In this document: positions 1 through 11,368 of the stretch, piece by piece
Position numbering within the stretch: position 1 is the stretch's first letter
Layout of the letters: each line of letters opens with the position of its first letter
Source of the DNA: Cyanophora paradoxa CCMP329
Taxonomy: Eukaryota; Plantae; Glaucophyta
DNA: 64,000 bases
Reading direction: 5' to 3'
Assembly: GCA_004431415.1 (NCBI GenBank)
Contig: QPMI01000597.1
Coordinates: forward strand, 34,131-98,130
Notes under the pieces: generated by a model
What the model was told of the DNA's origin: nothing
Database searches by the model: none
Seen by the model: the letters and a program-made list of their open reading frames with translations, nothing else
Position numbers and translations under genes: made by a program

Positions 1-2885
1 CTCGCCGAGCTGCGCGACTCGCCGCGGACGCTGCGCTGCGCGCTGGGGCCGCTGGAGGCGCTGGAGGCGCGGGGCTTCGTGGCGCACCTGACGGGGGCGG
101 CCGTCGAGGGCGTCCCCGCCTGGCTCGCCTCCGAGCTCGCCGAGCGCTCCCGCGGCAACCCCTTCCTCCTCCAGGAGATGGCCCGCCACGCCCGCCCCCG
201 CCCCCGCCCCCCCCCCTCTCACGCCGCACCCGCCCCCGCCGCGCAGGTGGCGCTCCTGAAGGCGCGGCGGGTGATCGCGGTGGGGGTGGCGGGGCGGCTG
301 CTGGTGCTGGACGAGGCGGGGGCGGTGCTGCCGGAGGGCCAGCGGCGGGAGGCGCTCCCCGTGCCGGTCTCGCTCGAGCGCCTCGTCCTCTCCCGCCTCG
401 ACCGCCTGCCCCCCGACGCCGCCCTCCTCCTCAAGCTCGCCTCCGCCCTGGGCGCCCGCTTCGAGCTCGGCACCGCCCTCGCCGTCCTCGCCCCGGAGCT
501 CGGCTCCCCCGCCATCGCCCGCTCCCTCGCCGCCCTCGAGGCCCACGGCCTGCTCCTGCGCGAGGGCGCCGGGACCCCCGCCGGCGCCCCCGCTGCCTCC
601 GAGTTCCGCTTCGCCCAGGCCGCCGTCTGCGAGATCCTCTACTCCGTGCGCCCCCCCCGCCCGCCCCGCCCGCCGCGCCCCTCACCGCGCTTGCCGGCAG
701 CTGCTCTCGGAGGGGGACCGGCGGCGGCTGCACTGGCGTGCGGCGCTGGACCTGGAGGCGCGGCCCGGGGCGCTCGGGCTGGGCCCCTCCTCGCTCGCCC
801 ACCACTGCGAGCGCGCGGGGGCGCCCCTCGCCGCCGTCGGTGCGCCCCGCGCGCACGCCTCGCCCCCCTCCTCACACCCCGCCGGCCCCGCAGCCTACCT
901 GGACGCGGCGGCGGCGGAGGCGATGGCGGCGGGGGCCTACGGGGAGGCCTCGAGCTCGCCCAGCGCGCCATCGCCCTCGCCGGCGCCCGGCCCCGCGACG
1001 ACCCCGTACCCCAGCCCGGCCTCTCCCCGCTCAAGGGCTCCCCCGTGGGGCGGGCGGCGCTGGCGTCGGCGGCGGGGCGGGCGGGCGGTGGGAGCTGGCG
1101 GCGCGGGCGCTCTTCTCGCTGGGGAGCGTGGCGGAGGCGGAGGGGCGCTGGAGCACGCGCTGCGGCTGCTCGGGGTGCCCTCTGCCGCGAGGCCCCCGTC
1201 CTGACCGGCCTTGTCGCCTCCCTCGTCAAGGCCCGCCCGCCCGCCCCCCCCCCCCCCCCCCACCCTCCCCCCCCCCCACCCCCCCCCACCCACCCCCCTC
1301 CCCCTGCGGCGGGCAGCCTTTGACCGCTCCCTTGCCCCGCAGGCCCTTATGAAGGGCCCCGCCGCCACGCCCCCGGCCAAGCCGGCGGGCGGGGCAGCAA
1401 GGGCGGGGAGGCGGCGGAGGAGGCGGCGGCGGGCGGCGGTGCGCGTCGGGGGCCCTCTCGCTCTACACGCACGTGCTGGCGCACCGCGGGGAGACCCTCG
1501 CCGGCATGTTCTACGCCCTCCGCAACGCCCTCGTCCGCCCCCGCCCCGCCCCGCCCCGCCCCGCCCCGCCGGCGGCGGCGGCGCTGAGGGGGCGGCAGCT
1601 GTCGGGGGAGGAGCCGGAGACGGCGGGCTACGTGGACGCGTGCGCGTTCATGTACACGACGCTGACGATCCTCGGGATGCACGCCAAGGCCGACGCCTTC
1701 CGCGCCCGCGCCCGCGAGCTCCTCCGCCTGCCCCGCCTCGCCCACGCCGCCGGCTACCTCCTCGTCCACGAGGCCCGCCCCTTCGCCCCGCCCCGCCCCG
1801 CCCCGCCCCGCCCCCGCGTGAGCCGCGCGCCGCGCAGGTGAGCATCGCGATCCTGCTGGGGCGGCTGCGGGAGGGGGAGGAGACGGGGGCGAGGGCGGCG
1901 CTGGAGCTGGAGGGGGCGGGGGACCTGCGGGCGGCGGCCGAGCTCCGCCTCAACGCCGGCTTCGCGGCCTCCATGCGCGGCCGCTTCGCCGCCTCCGACG
2001 ACTTCTACCTCGCCCTCGTGCCCCCGCCCCCGCCCCCGCGCACCGCCCTCGCCCCTCACGCGCCGCCCGCCCCGCAGGCGCGGGACGCGCGGCGGACGTC
2101 GAACGCGCTGCGGCTGCACTGGGCGCTGACGGCGTGGGTGACGGCGTGCGCGATGCGGGGGTGGCCGGCGGGGCCCTGGGGGAGACCCCGGCGGCGCCGC
2201 CGCCCCCGCACACCCTCGCTCAGGCCGACGCCGCCCTCTCCGAGGCGCGCCAGCCCCCGCCCCGCCCCCCTCCCCCCCGCCTGACGCCCCGGCAGGCGGC
2301 GCGGGCCTTCGACGACGGGGCGTTCGTGACGGACCGGGTGCGGCGGCTGTGCGCGGCGGCGCACGTGCGGCTGCTGCAGGGCGCGCTGGCGGCCGCCGGG
2401 GAGGAGGCGCTGGAGGCGGTGGCGTGGGTGGGGCGGCACCGGGCGCGCCCGCTGGTCGGGCCCGTCTACGTCTTCCAGATGATCGGGCCCTCCCTCTTCC
2501 TCCTCGCCGACACCCTCGCCGCCCTCCTCGCCCGCCCCCCGCCCCGCCGCCCCCGCGCCCCGCCCCCCGCGGGCCCCTCGCCTCCGCCCTCCGCCGCGTC
2601 CTGCGCGTCCTCGACAAGGGCGGCGCGAGCTTCCCGATGATGCGCCCGCCCGCCGCCCTCGCCCGCGGGCGGTGGCACGCGCTGCGGGGCGCCCCGAAGA
2701 GGGCGGCGGAGTGCTGGCGGGAGGCGGCGGCGAGCGCGGGGGCGATGGAGGCGAAGTACTTCCAGGCGCGGGCCCTCCAGCTCCTCGCCTTCTGCCCGGC
2801 CGCCGCCCCCGCCGAGCGCGCCGAGGCAGCGCAGCACTTCCCCGCCCTCTTCCGCTCCATGGGGGCCCACCCCCCGCCCATCTAG
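1..2885 (+). CDS. 3' part of a STAND NTPase/TPR protein resembling the soluble adenylyl cyclase (ADCY10)/AAA_16 cyclase C-terminus; multi-exon, 5' end outside the window
   Basis: Spliced translation gives LGPL...ERSRGNPFLLQEM (GxP motif) and VPVSLERLVLSRLDRLPPDAALLLKLASALGARF...EFRFAQAAVCEILYS, followed by helical TPR-like exons ending at TAG ~2885. No cyclase domain is visible in the window. Confidence 0.75.
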
Positions 2886-4539
2886 CACTCCACGCCGCAC
2901 GCGCCCGCCTCTGCCTCCGCCCTCCACGTCAGCTTATGAATTAGCTAGCGCTTGAGCTTCCTCCTGGTGCCATCGCAGATCTAGATCTCCTCATTGCGAA
3001 GATCGACATTTTTATGCTTGAATTCAGGTTTAGTTAGCGCGCTAGAATCTTAGGACAGATCGTTTGTCATTCGTAAACTGCAATTTGCCGCAGTTCCATG
3101 CATGCGTATATACGTATGTTATGCATGATGTGCATTTGAAATTTTATGCCTAGACTCTGAGAAACTTTTGAAAAATCGGAAATTCATGCAGTTCGCGCCG
3201 CGCCGCGGCGCGCGGCGCGCCGGCGCGCTGCCGCAGCCTGAGGCACGGCGCAGTGCCACTGGGTCACTCATTGACTGATTATGATCAAGATCATGATCAT
3301 GAGCCTGCCAGGCTGCAACATATATCAGTCCGATGAGCTCGAGATCCCCGACTCGGCGATATCGATCCCCGCCGCCTGCATGTGCAAGCCGCATGCATAT
3401 GCGCACTGTACGGTATATACACCGCAGCCTGGCAGGCGCGCGCGCGCAAATGCATGCGCGGCGCACGTGCAGGTGCACGTGGCGTTTCCTCGTGTCACAG
3501 ACTCATGCTCACAGTGTAGAACGGCACCGTTCAACGGTCAATGTTGCGCATGCATGCCCGGCCATGGCCATGATGCCGCGCATGCGTGATGATGCCGCAT
3601 TTCAAAAGTTTGATCATGCCATGATCATCGGATGCGTCGCGTCGCGTCGATCGCGACGACAGCGACTCGGCGAGCGGGTCGGAGACTCGGAGCGGTCAGC
3701 TTGCGAGGATTTTGGGAACTTCGAATTAATTCGAATTCGGAATGCGATTGCACCATGAACACTGTACCCCGGTTCCCGATCGCCTCAATGAGCTTTTCTC
3801 GCATTTGGCTTGGGAGTCGTTGCAATTGCAATTGGGACCTTCACTGATGAGTCAAGGCTTTGAGGGCAATATGCAAGCCTGCAGGCAAGCAACTTGCAAT
3901 AGCAACGGCCAAGCTCGACATCTATAGCTATCGCCGAGTCCATCGCATGGCATGCATGTGGCATGTGCTTATGCCGCAGTGCTATATGCAGCCGAGCGGT
4001 CCGACGCGTACGTACGGTCGCGGCGGCTTCGAGCGCTCCTGCGGATGCCCATCCAGTGGCATCCACCGTGATCCACGCGCATCTGAGTCGATGTGACACA
4101 TCGGCGGCGATTCGGCGCGTGCAGTGACTCTCAGGCGAGTCTCAGCACGTGAGTGCCACTGACCCTTTCTCGCCTCCATGCGCCTGGATGGCCAGCCGCT
4201 GACTCAGTGAGCACTCGCGGTTTTTCATGATCACCGAGCAGGTCGACGTCCGACTGTCCAAGCTCGATCGCGAGAAACTAGCAACTCTTGAACTCCAAGT
4301 CTCCAACTTGAATTGCCTCCACGATCTGCGAGACCGACGTCGACCGTCCGACGGTCGGACGTTGCCCGCTCGCGGTCGTCGCCAAGCTTCAGCTCAGCGG
4401 CCGCGCGCCGCCGCGCGCTGCTCTCCAGCAGCAGGCTGCCAGCTGGCCGCATCGTCGACGTCTCCGCTCCATACCCGGTGACCGTGACCTAGCTAGCGCT
4501 AGCCTAGGGTCGTGGGCCGTCGCGGCCGGCGCACTCGTC

Positions 4540-5773
4540 ATGTCAGCTGCATGCACAGCGGCGCGACCTTCTCCACGGATGAGGATCATCCAGCGCATTC
4601 GCGCCTCGCTAAGCATGGACGCCGCGTACGCGTCCTCCTCCGATCACGCGTCGAGGCGCCTCTCAACATCCGCCGGCGTCGGCGTCGTCGCCCAAGTGAA
4701 CAGAGCCTCCGAGCGCGACGCGCCAACCGCGCCGACGTTGAACGATCTCGTGTCACCGGCATCCCCGGGCACTGAACGGGCGCCGTCTTCGCCGTCACCC
4801 CCGACGCCGCCCAAGACGCCCCGCCTCCCCCGGGCGGCCGCGGCGGCCCCTCCCGCGCACGTCTCCACGGGCGTCGCCTCGACGTCGTCGCACAGCGCCG
4901 CTGCGTCGGAGGCCTCCTCGTCGCTGTACCTCGGCGCTTCCTGCGAGATGATTCTCAACGAGGTGCCGTTGCCCCATTCCCGAGGTTGCGCGCTTCGCAT
5001 CGCCTAATCGCGAGTGCCCCTGCAGTTCTTCAGCGCTCTGTCCCCCGACGGCGCGGCAATCCAGTTCAGCACGTACCAGCGTCTCCACACGTGCCTGTTT
5101 CGCGCGGTTCGCCCCCTCCCGGCCGGCCAGCGGCGATGCGGCGCCGTCGCCGACGCCCTCCGCGCAGCTGCGATGCCAGTTCGACGAGAAGGTCGCGCTG
5201 GCGGTGGCGGAGGGCGACTGGGCCGCCGACTCGCAGGGGCGCGGCTCAATGGGCCGCGATCAGCTCTACGCCTCGCTCGCCTCGCTGGCCGCCAAGTGCG
5301 TCCTGCCGGCGAGCGGCGATGAGGCGACGGCCGAATTGCTTGCCACCCTCTACTCGCTCCTCTGCGACGACCACGAGCGGAGCTCGGGGCGCCCCGCCCT
5401 CCGCCACTGGCGCAACGTGCCCCTCGGCGGCGCCCTCCAGGCCATCGCCCGCATCCGGCGCAGTGCCGCACCGGCCCCGGCCCCGGCCCCGCTCCCCGCG
5501 GCGGCGCTCTCGCCCTTGGCGCCGCGGCCGCTCCGCGCGGGGCCGGTGGCGGCGGCCTCGGAGCGTGCCTCGGAGGGCGAGGAGAAGGAGGAGGAGTCGG
5601 GCGGCTCGAGGCGGCGCGGGCGGCGCAGCTGGTCGTCGGACTCGTCCCTCGCCCTCCGCCGCTTCGCCGCCGCCAACGCCTACGCCCGCCGCCGCCACTC
5701 CGCCGGCTCCCTCCCCGACGCCCCCTCCGACACCCGCCAGACCCGCGGCCTCTGCCCCGCCCTCGGCGCGTAG
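4540..5773 (+). CDS. hypothetical protein, at least 3 exons
   Basis: Exons MILNE|FFSALSPDGAAIQFSTYQRLHTCLFRA|LRCQFDEKVALAVAEGDWAADSQG join in frame across two GT-AG introns. Start codon uncertain. Confidence 0.55.
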
Positions 5774-6023
5774 GCCGTAACTATTTAATGTAGTTTCGTG
5801 TAGTACTTGATACGTTGTATAGTACCATCAGCAGATTGTTTGTGTGTAGTTTATACTCGTAAGCAGAGTTGTCAAGCACGATTTCATGAAGTCCTTCCTC
5901 CGCAGCTCAGACTGCGTCATGTAGCGATTTTCAGTGTTATCGTTTTATCATTCCGCGATCGTGATCATGATCGATTGTCATGATCCTGTTTCAAGATGCA
6001 GACTCTGAGATTAATATTGACCC

Positions 6024-7736
6024 CAACGTTGAATAGTGCATTCAGTGATTCCCTGTGACCGATCTTTGTGAATTCCGTGCTCGAATCATGCTCGAATCAA
6101 ATAAGCCTTTTCATATTGAATCAGATCGAGAACCGGGCTCCGTGATGCCCTCGGGTGGCGCTGTTTGGAGGCAAGGTATAAGGGGACAGGGGTAGCAGCA
6201 TTGGCCCGGAGTCAGGTGGAGCGCCGAACTTCCCCGAAGTCAGGCATGGGGAGCAGTAATAGTGGTGTAAGATCAAGAAATGTGATATGTGATACATTGA
6301 ACAAACTGATCATGTATAGCTATATGGCGCGGCGGGTCCCGCGGCCACCCGATCGCAAAGCCCTGCGGCTGGCTGCGGGGTGACCGAGCGCGACCGAGCT
6401 ACCTGGGGGCAGTTCGATCAGAGCTCGTCGACACTAGACGGAGGGCGTGCCGCCGGCTCACGGCTCACTTGGAACAGCGAGAAACTGGCGCGGCGGGCCC
6501 CGCCGCCCGAAGCCCTGCGGCCGGCAAGCGCGCGCCCCCGAGCAACCTGCGCGCAGTTCGATCAGAGCTTGTCGGCAATAGACGGAGGGCGTGCCGCCGG
6601 CTCACGGCTCACCTGGAACAGCGAGCGAGATCTGGCGCCGCGGGTCTCGCCGCCCGAAGCCCTGCGGCCAGCGAGCGCGCGCGACCGAGCGACCTGCGCG
6701 CAGTTCGATCAGAGCTCGTTGGCAATAGACGGAGGGCGTGCCGCCGGCTCACGGCTCACCTGGAACAGCGAGCGAGATCTGGCGCAGCGGGTCCCGCCGC
6801 CCGAAGCCCTGCGGCCGGCGAGCGAGCGACCTGCGCGCAGTTCGATCAGAGCTCGTCAGCACTAGACGGAGGGCGTGCCGCCGGCTCACGGCTCACCTGG
6901 AACAGCGAGAAACTGGCGCAGCGGGTCCCGCCGCCCGAAGCCCTGCGGCCGGCGAGCGAGCGCGACCGAGCGACCTGCGGGCAGTTCGATCAGAGCTCGT
7001 CAGCAATAGACGGAAGGCGTGCCGCCGGCTCCCGGCTCACCTGGAACAGCGAGCGAGAAACTGGCACCGGGGTCCCGCCGCCCGAAGCCCTGCGGCCGGC
7101 GAGCGAGCGCGACCGAGCGATCTGCGCGCAGTTCGATCAGAGCTCGTCGGCACTAGACGGAAGGCGTGCCGCCGGCTCACGGCTCACCTGGAACAGCGAG
7201 CGAGATCTGGCGCCGCGGGTCTCGCCGCCCGAAGCCCTGCGGCCGAAAAGCGAAAGCGCTAGCGTGCGAAGAGCGAGCCGAAGCGTTCAGAAGCTTCAGT
7301 TCTCTGCATCTGCTGCAGCCGCCGAGCTGTTTCGACCGTTTGCAATCAACGGGGGTATACGTACGCTTAGCCCTTTTCGGCCTTTTTTTGGCCGCGCAAA
7401 CGGGCGAGGGCGATCTCAGCTGCTGCCGCTCGTTAAGGGCCGCCGCTCGAGAATTCACTTCGTATAGTGCTCATAGTCATTTCCGGCGCCCAGGCAGCGC
7501 TCCGCGACCGCCCGGAAGCGAGTGTATGTCGATATGCAATCCCGAGGTCGCTTAGGACGCATCTTTCAGCGGCGCTGGTCGGGGCTATGAGGTCCTTAGA
7601 CTTGGGGCTATCCGGAAACTGGCGCCGTTACTCGGGCGTTGATGTCTCCGTCTCAGGAAGTTGGGTTCCGTTAGAAAAAAAACCGAGAACCCAGCGAAAA
7701 CTAGAAAAAGTCATCGGATCCGAGACTATTATATTG
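6024..7736. mobile_element. candidate non-autonomous DNA element carrying the tandem array
   Basis: The 9-bp direct repeat TATTGACCC at 6015-6023 and 7737-7745 flanks a segment starting CAACGTTGAATAGT and ending ACTATTATATTG (imperfect inverted ends). Could be chance. Confidence 0.35.
6324..7245. repeat. tandem array of ~6.3 copies of a 137-147 bp unit
   Basis: GTTCGATCAGAGC recurs at 6412, 6556, 6703, 6840, 6984 and 7131, with near-identical intervening sequence. Confidence 0.95.
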
Positions 7737-8208
7737 TATTGACCCGGCCGCGGGTGACCCCATCATGGCGTGGGGCTGGCCGCCGGGCCATAAATATAAA
7801 GCGCCCTAAGAATTGCAGCAGCCGAGTCGCGAGCTGCAGCTGGCCATGGAGGCGCCCTAGACCTGAATTTTTCGAACTTCCAATTGCAATATGTTCGGAA
7901 TTCGAAAATTCGAAGCCGCTCAGCGGCTGCTGAGCCTCACTGAGTCAGGCTTGTCGTGATCACTCTGGTCGATTTGGCTGGATAAAATAATGGGAAGCGA
8001 TTGGCGAGAAACTGAAGCGTTTAATACTAGCTAGTATGCATCTTGATGCTAGAATAAGGCTCATTTTCGTGCGGATCCGGTACGAAATTTTCCTACTAGG
8101 CTAGATGTATGGCCATACAAAGGCGACGAGGAAAAGGCCAGTTTCGCGGCGAGCTAGCCGAGCTAGCAGCGCGCCCGGCCGGCGTCTTATTGCTCCAGCG
8201 TTCGAGTC

Positions 8209-8314
8209 CCGGGAAGGGCAGTTGGGGGGAGCGGGGGGGCCTGGGCGGGCCTTGAGCTGCTGCCGGGAAGGGCAGTTGGGGGGAGCGGGGGGGCCTGGGC
8301 GGGCCTTGAGCTGC
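8209..8314. repeat. two-copy direct repeat, 52-bp unit, 54-bp period, G-tract rich
   Basis: CCGGGAAGGGCAGTTGGGGGGAGCGGGGGGGCCTGGGCGGGCCTTGAGCTGC occurs at 8209 and 8263. Confidence 0.9.
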
Positions 8315-8891
8315 CTTGCGCTGTCGAGGGCTGAAGAGGGGGCCGGGGCGCAGCGACCCCCGAGGCCAACTTCTGCACGGCGAGACATTGGCGCGAAACC
8401 AAAAATTTCCCTGCTCTAGATTGCTCTAAACTGCACTTCTGACGTGCTCAGTTTCGCGCCAATCGTTCGCTGTGCTCCGCTAGAATTTCGGCTGGACATG
8501 TATGGCGAGTATGCGGCCGCGGCCGCGGCCGCGCGCGCGCGGGGCGCCGCGCCCGGCCGCGGCGGCTCAGCGGCTAGCCAAGTCAGATATCGATGATGGA
8601 GGGCATGCGCAATTGCGGAGTCAAACGTTTCTTCTAGATATCACAGCGGTACGCTCCCATCAGGCATAGTAAAGAACTCCAGGGCAACTTGCAAAAGGAG
8701 CCGAGTCTAGGAGCCAGACAACGCCCGCGTCGCGATCGGTCCGTCTGTCGCGGCTTGGAGAATTTCGAAGTTGGGAGTCCTGGCATGGGTACTCAGATTC
8801 AGCCGGGCGGCTACTGGGCCATCTAGGCGATAGTCGAGCCTCGGAGCGTGAGCCCGTTGCCCGGCAGCCCGAGCCCCGCGTCGCCAGCGAG

Positions 8892-11198
8892 ATGTCGGGG
8901 CGTAGGAGCGAGAGCCGATTGCTCGAGAGCCCGGCGGGCGTTCGGCGGATCGTGGCCAAGTGCGTTCTCAACGGGGTGATGCCTTCGCTGAGATACGCAC
9001 GATCTAGAGTATACCTACTCGCCTCCAGCGGTTCAGCATGCTGTGGGATGCGCCCCTAGCGGATTAGCATGCTGTTGGACCAGACCCGGCGCTCCTGATG
9101 GGATGCGCCACAGTTACAGGTGTTCAAGCTACCTGAACCTCTCGTTCACGGTCCCCGTTGTGGTGGTGCGCGTTCACCCGAACAAGAAGACGTACATCGC
9201 CATCGACTTGGACATGGACGAGAACCCGACCTGTCGCGCAGGCATCTGTGGTCGTGCTTGCGCGGACCTGGGAGACCGCGTGCGATCAGCGCCTTCAGCT
9301 ATGGCTCCTCATCCTGGTCGCCGAGCAAGCGGCGACCCTGCCGCTCAGGTGCCCCCTCGCCCCGTGCCCCCACCCACCTCCCCCCCGCCCCCGCGCCCCC
9401 GCCCTCCCCCCGGCCCCGCCGCCGAGGCTACCCCGAAGCGCGCCCTGAGCCGCTGAGCCGCCCGTTTAGGTGGTGGATTCATAGGAGCCTTCCTGCGGTC
9501 CGCTAGCGCTCCCCTCCCCGCCTGCTGGACCCACCCGACCCACCTGGCCGGATTTCGCTCAGGTTCACGGCGAATTCTCGATGCTATTCGCAATCAACCG
9601 CCTCCGGCACATCCAGATGTCCGTTCCCTTTAGGGCCTCAAGAATCCTCCGCTTCACACTGATGGCCTGGTGGGGCTCATCCCCCGCCCCGGGCGGCCGG
9701 CCGCGAGAGCGCCGGCTCACGGGGCGGTAGGGGCATTGTGGGCTGCGCCCTAGTGTTCGAGAGCAAGACGTGCCGGGAGACGAGCCCGCACCTTTACACC
9801 CTCTGCTGTGCGCTGACGCGCCCCGCCTCGCCGCGCGATCGCGCGTTGAGGGCGGGGGCGCCGCTGCAGTCGCGCTCTGCCTCATCTTCCTGGTGGTGGT
9901 GTCGCTGCTGCTGCTCTACTCGTGCTGCTACGTCTCATGCCTGTGCACGGCGCGGGCCCTCACCCGCTGGCATCGCCGCGTCAACCTCACCTCCCTCGAG
10001 CTCGCCGCCCGCCCCGGCCTCGGCCCCCTCGCCACCCCCACCGGCACCCCCCAGTCCGACATCGACAGCCTGCCCACCGTGCGCCGCCCCGCCGCGCCGG
10101 CCGCCTCCGCGGGGCGGGGCGGCTGAGGGTGGGCAGCTGCTGTACCGGGCGGAGGGCGGACTGGAGGGGGGCCTGCTGGGCGGGCCCTGGAAGGTGGACA
10201 CGCAGTGCGCCATCTGCCTCTGCGAGTGCGCCCGACGGCCCCGACGCCGCCCCCCACCCCCCGCCCCCCGCCCTCCCCTCAGCGCCCGGCCCCAGGTACG
10301 AGGCCGGCGAGGAGCTCCGAGTCCTCCCCTGCCGCCACTCCTTCCGCGCGCCCCGCCACGCCGCCCCGCACCGCCCCGCCCCGCTGACGCCCCGCAGACG
10401 ACGCCTGCATCGTCCCCTGGCTGCAGCGCTCGACCTGCTGCCCGCTCTGCAAGAAGAGCCTCGTGCCCGGCGCCCCCGAGGAGGAGCCCCCCCGGCCCGT
10501 CGTCATGCGCACCTCAGCCGGCGCTGCGGCGGAGGGCCGCGCCGGCCCGCCTGCGCCGGTGGAGGGCGAGAGACCGGCGGGGCGCGCCGAAGACGCCGCG
10601 GTGGAAGCGGCAGTGGGGGAGGTCGCGGCGGCGGCGGCGGCGGCGGCCGAGGGCCTCTGGGGGACACGCCGCCCCCGGCCCCGAGGGCGGCCGCGGGCCG
10701 TGGGCGAGGCGCTCGCCGCACGCAGCGCGGGCCTTTGCCTCGGAGGGCGCCGGGGCGCAGGAGGAGGGCGAGGAGGCTCCGGCGGCGCGCGGCGGCGCGG
10801 AGGAGGAGGGCGAGCGCGTGGAGCCGCTGGCGGAGCGGGCGGCGGCCCCGGCCCCGGCGCGGCTGGAGGGACGAGCGCCGAGGAGCCGGCGAGGGCAGCC
10901 GCGATCGTGCTGGAGGCCGACAGGGCGGGGAGGATTCCACCGGCAGCCGAGGGCGCGCGCCGGGGGCGACCCGCCGGGGGCCGCCGAGGCCGAGCGGCCC
11001 CTGCCGCAGTCGCCCCACGTTCCGGAGGCCGCGGAGCCGGGGCGTGGGGCCGAGCCGGCCGCGGAGCGCGGCACGAGCCCGCGCCAGGGCCCGGCCCGCG
11101 CCATCGACTTCGACGCGGTCCCCACGACCCCGGAGGCTGCCGAGCATGCCCCCCCAGCGCGCCCTGCTGGCGCTTCCGAAAGTTCTGATCTAGCCTGA
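8892..11198 (+). CDS. multi-pass transmembrane RING-H2 E3 ubiquitin ligase
   Basis: Spliced TM region (TWETACDQRLQLWLLIL; CRETSPHLYTLC; LIFLVVVSLLLLYSCC) is followed by RING-H2 CAICLCE|YEAGEELRVLPCRHSF|HDACIVPWLQRSTCCPLCK. The frame of the 3' tail is uncertain. Confidence 0.88.
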
Positions 11199-11368
11199 GT
11201 CCATCGTAGCATATTACCGTAGTTTATGCTTGCGTTTGAAGTGTTCTCCTCCAAGATGCCGTGGTGGCCTTCACAGTCGCATACCCCCCCTTGACCAGCC
11301 GGGCCGGGCCGGCAGCTGCAGAAACGGAAGCCGCCGCGACGACGTCCCCGGGGCCAGCCGCCGCGAAG

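Noticed and set aside
6324-7245. CRISPR-like array
   Set aside because: Whole units repeat with no unique spacers, there are no cas genes, and the context is eukaryotic.
6380-7467. Repeat-protein ORFs over the tandem array
   Set aside because: Unit lengths break frame (e.g. 137 bp) and several frames are open, so these are by-products of the DNA repeat.
8148-8222. tRNA gene
   Set aside because: A/B box spacing fits, but the acceptor, anticodon and T stems do not pair.
9166-9241. Coding-looking stretch HPNKKTYIAIDLDMDENPTC
   Set aside because: Removing it as a 76-nt GT-AG intron restores the TM helix and the CDQRLQLWL family motif.
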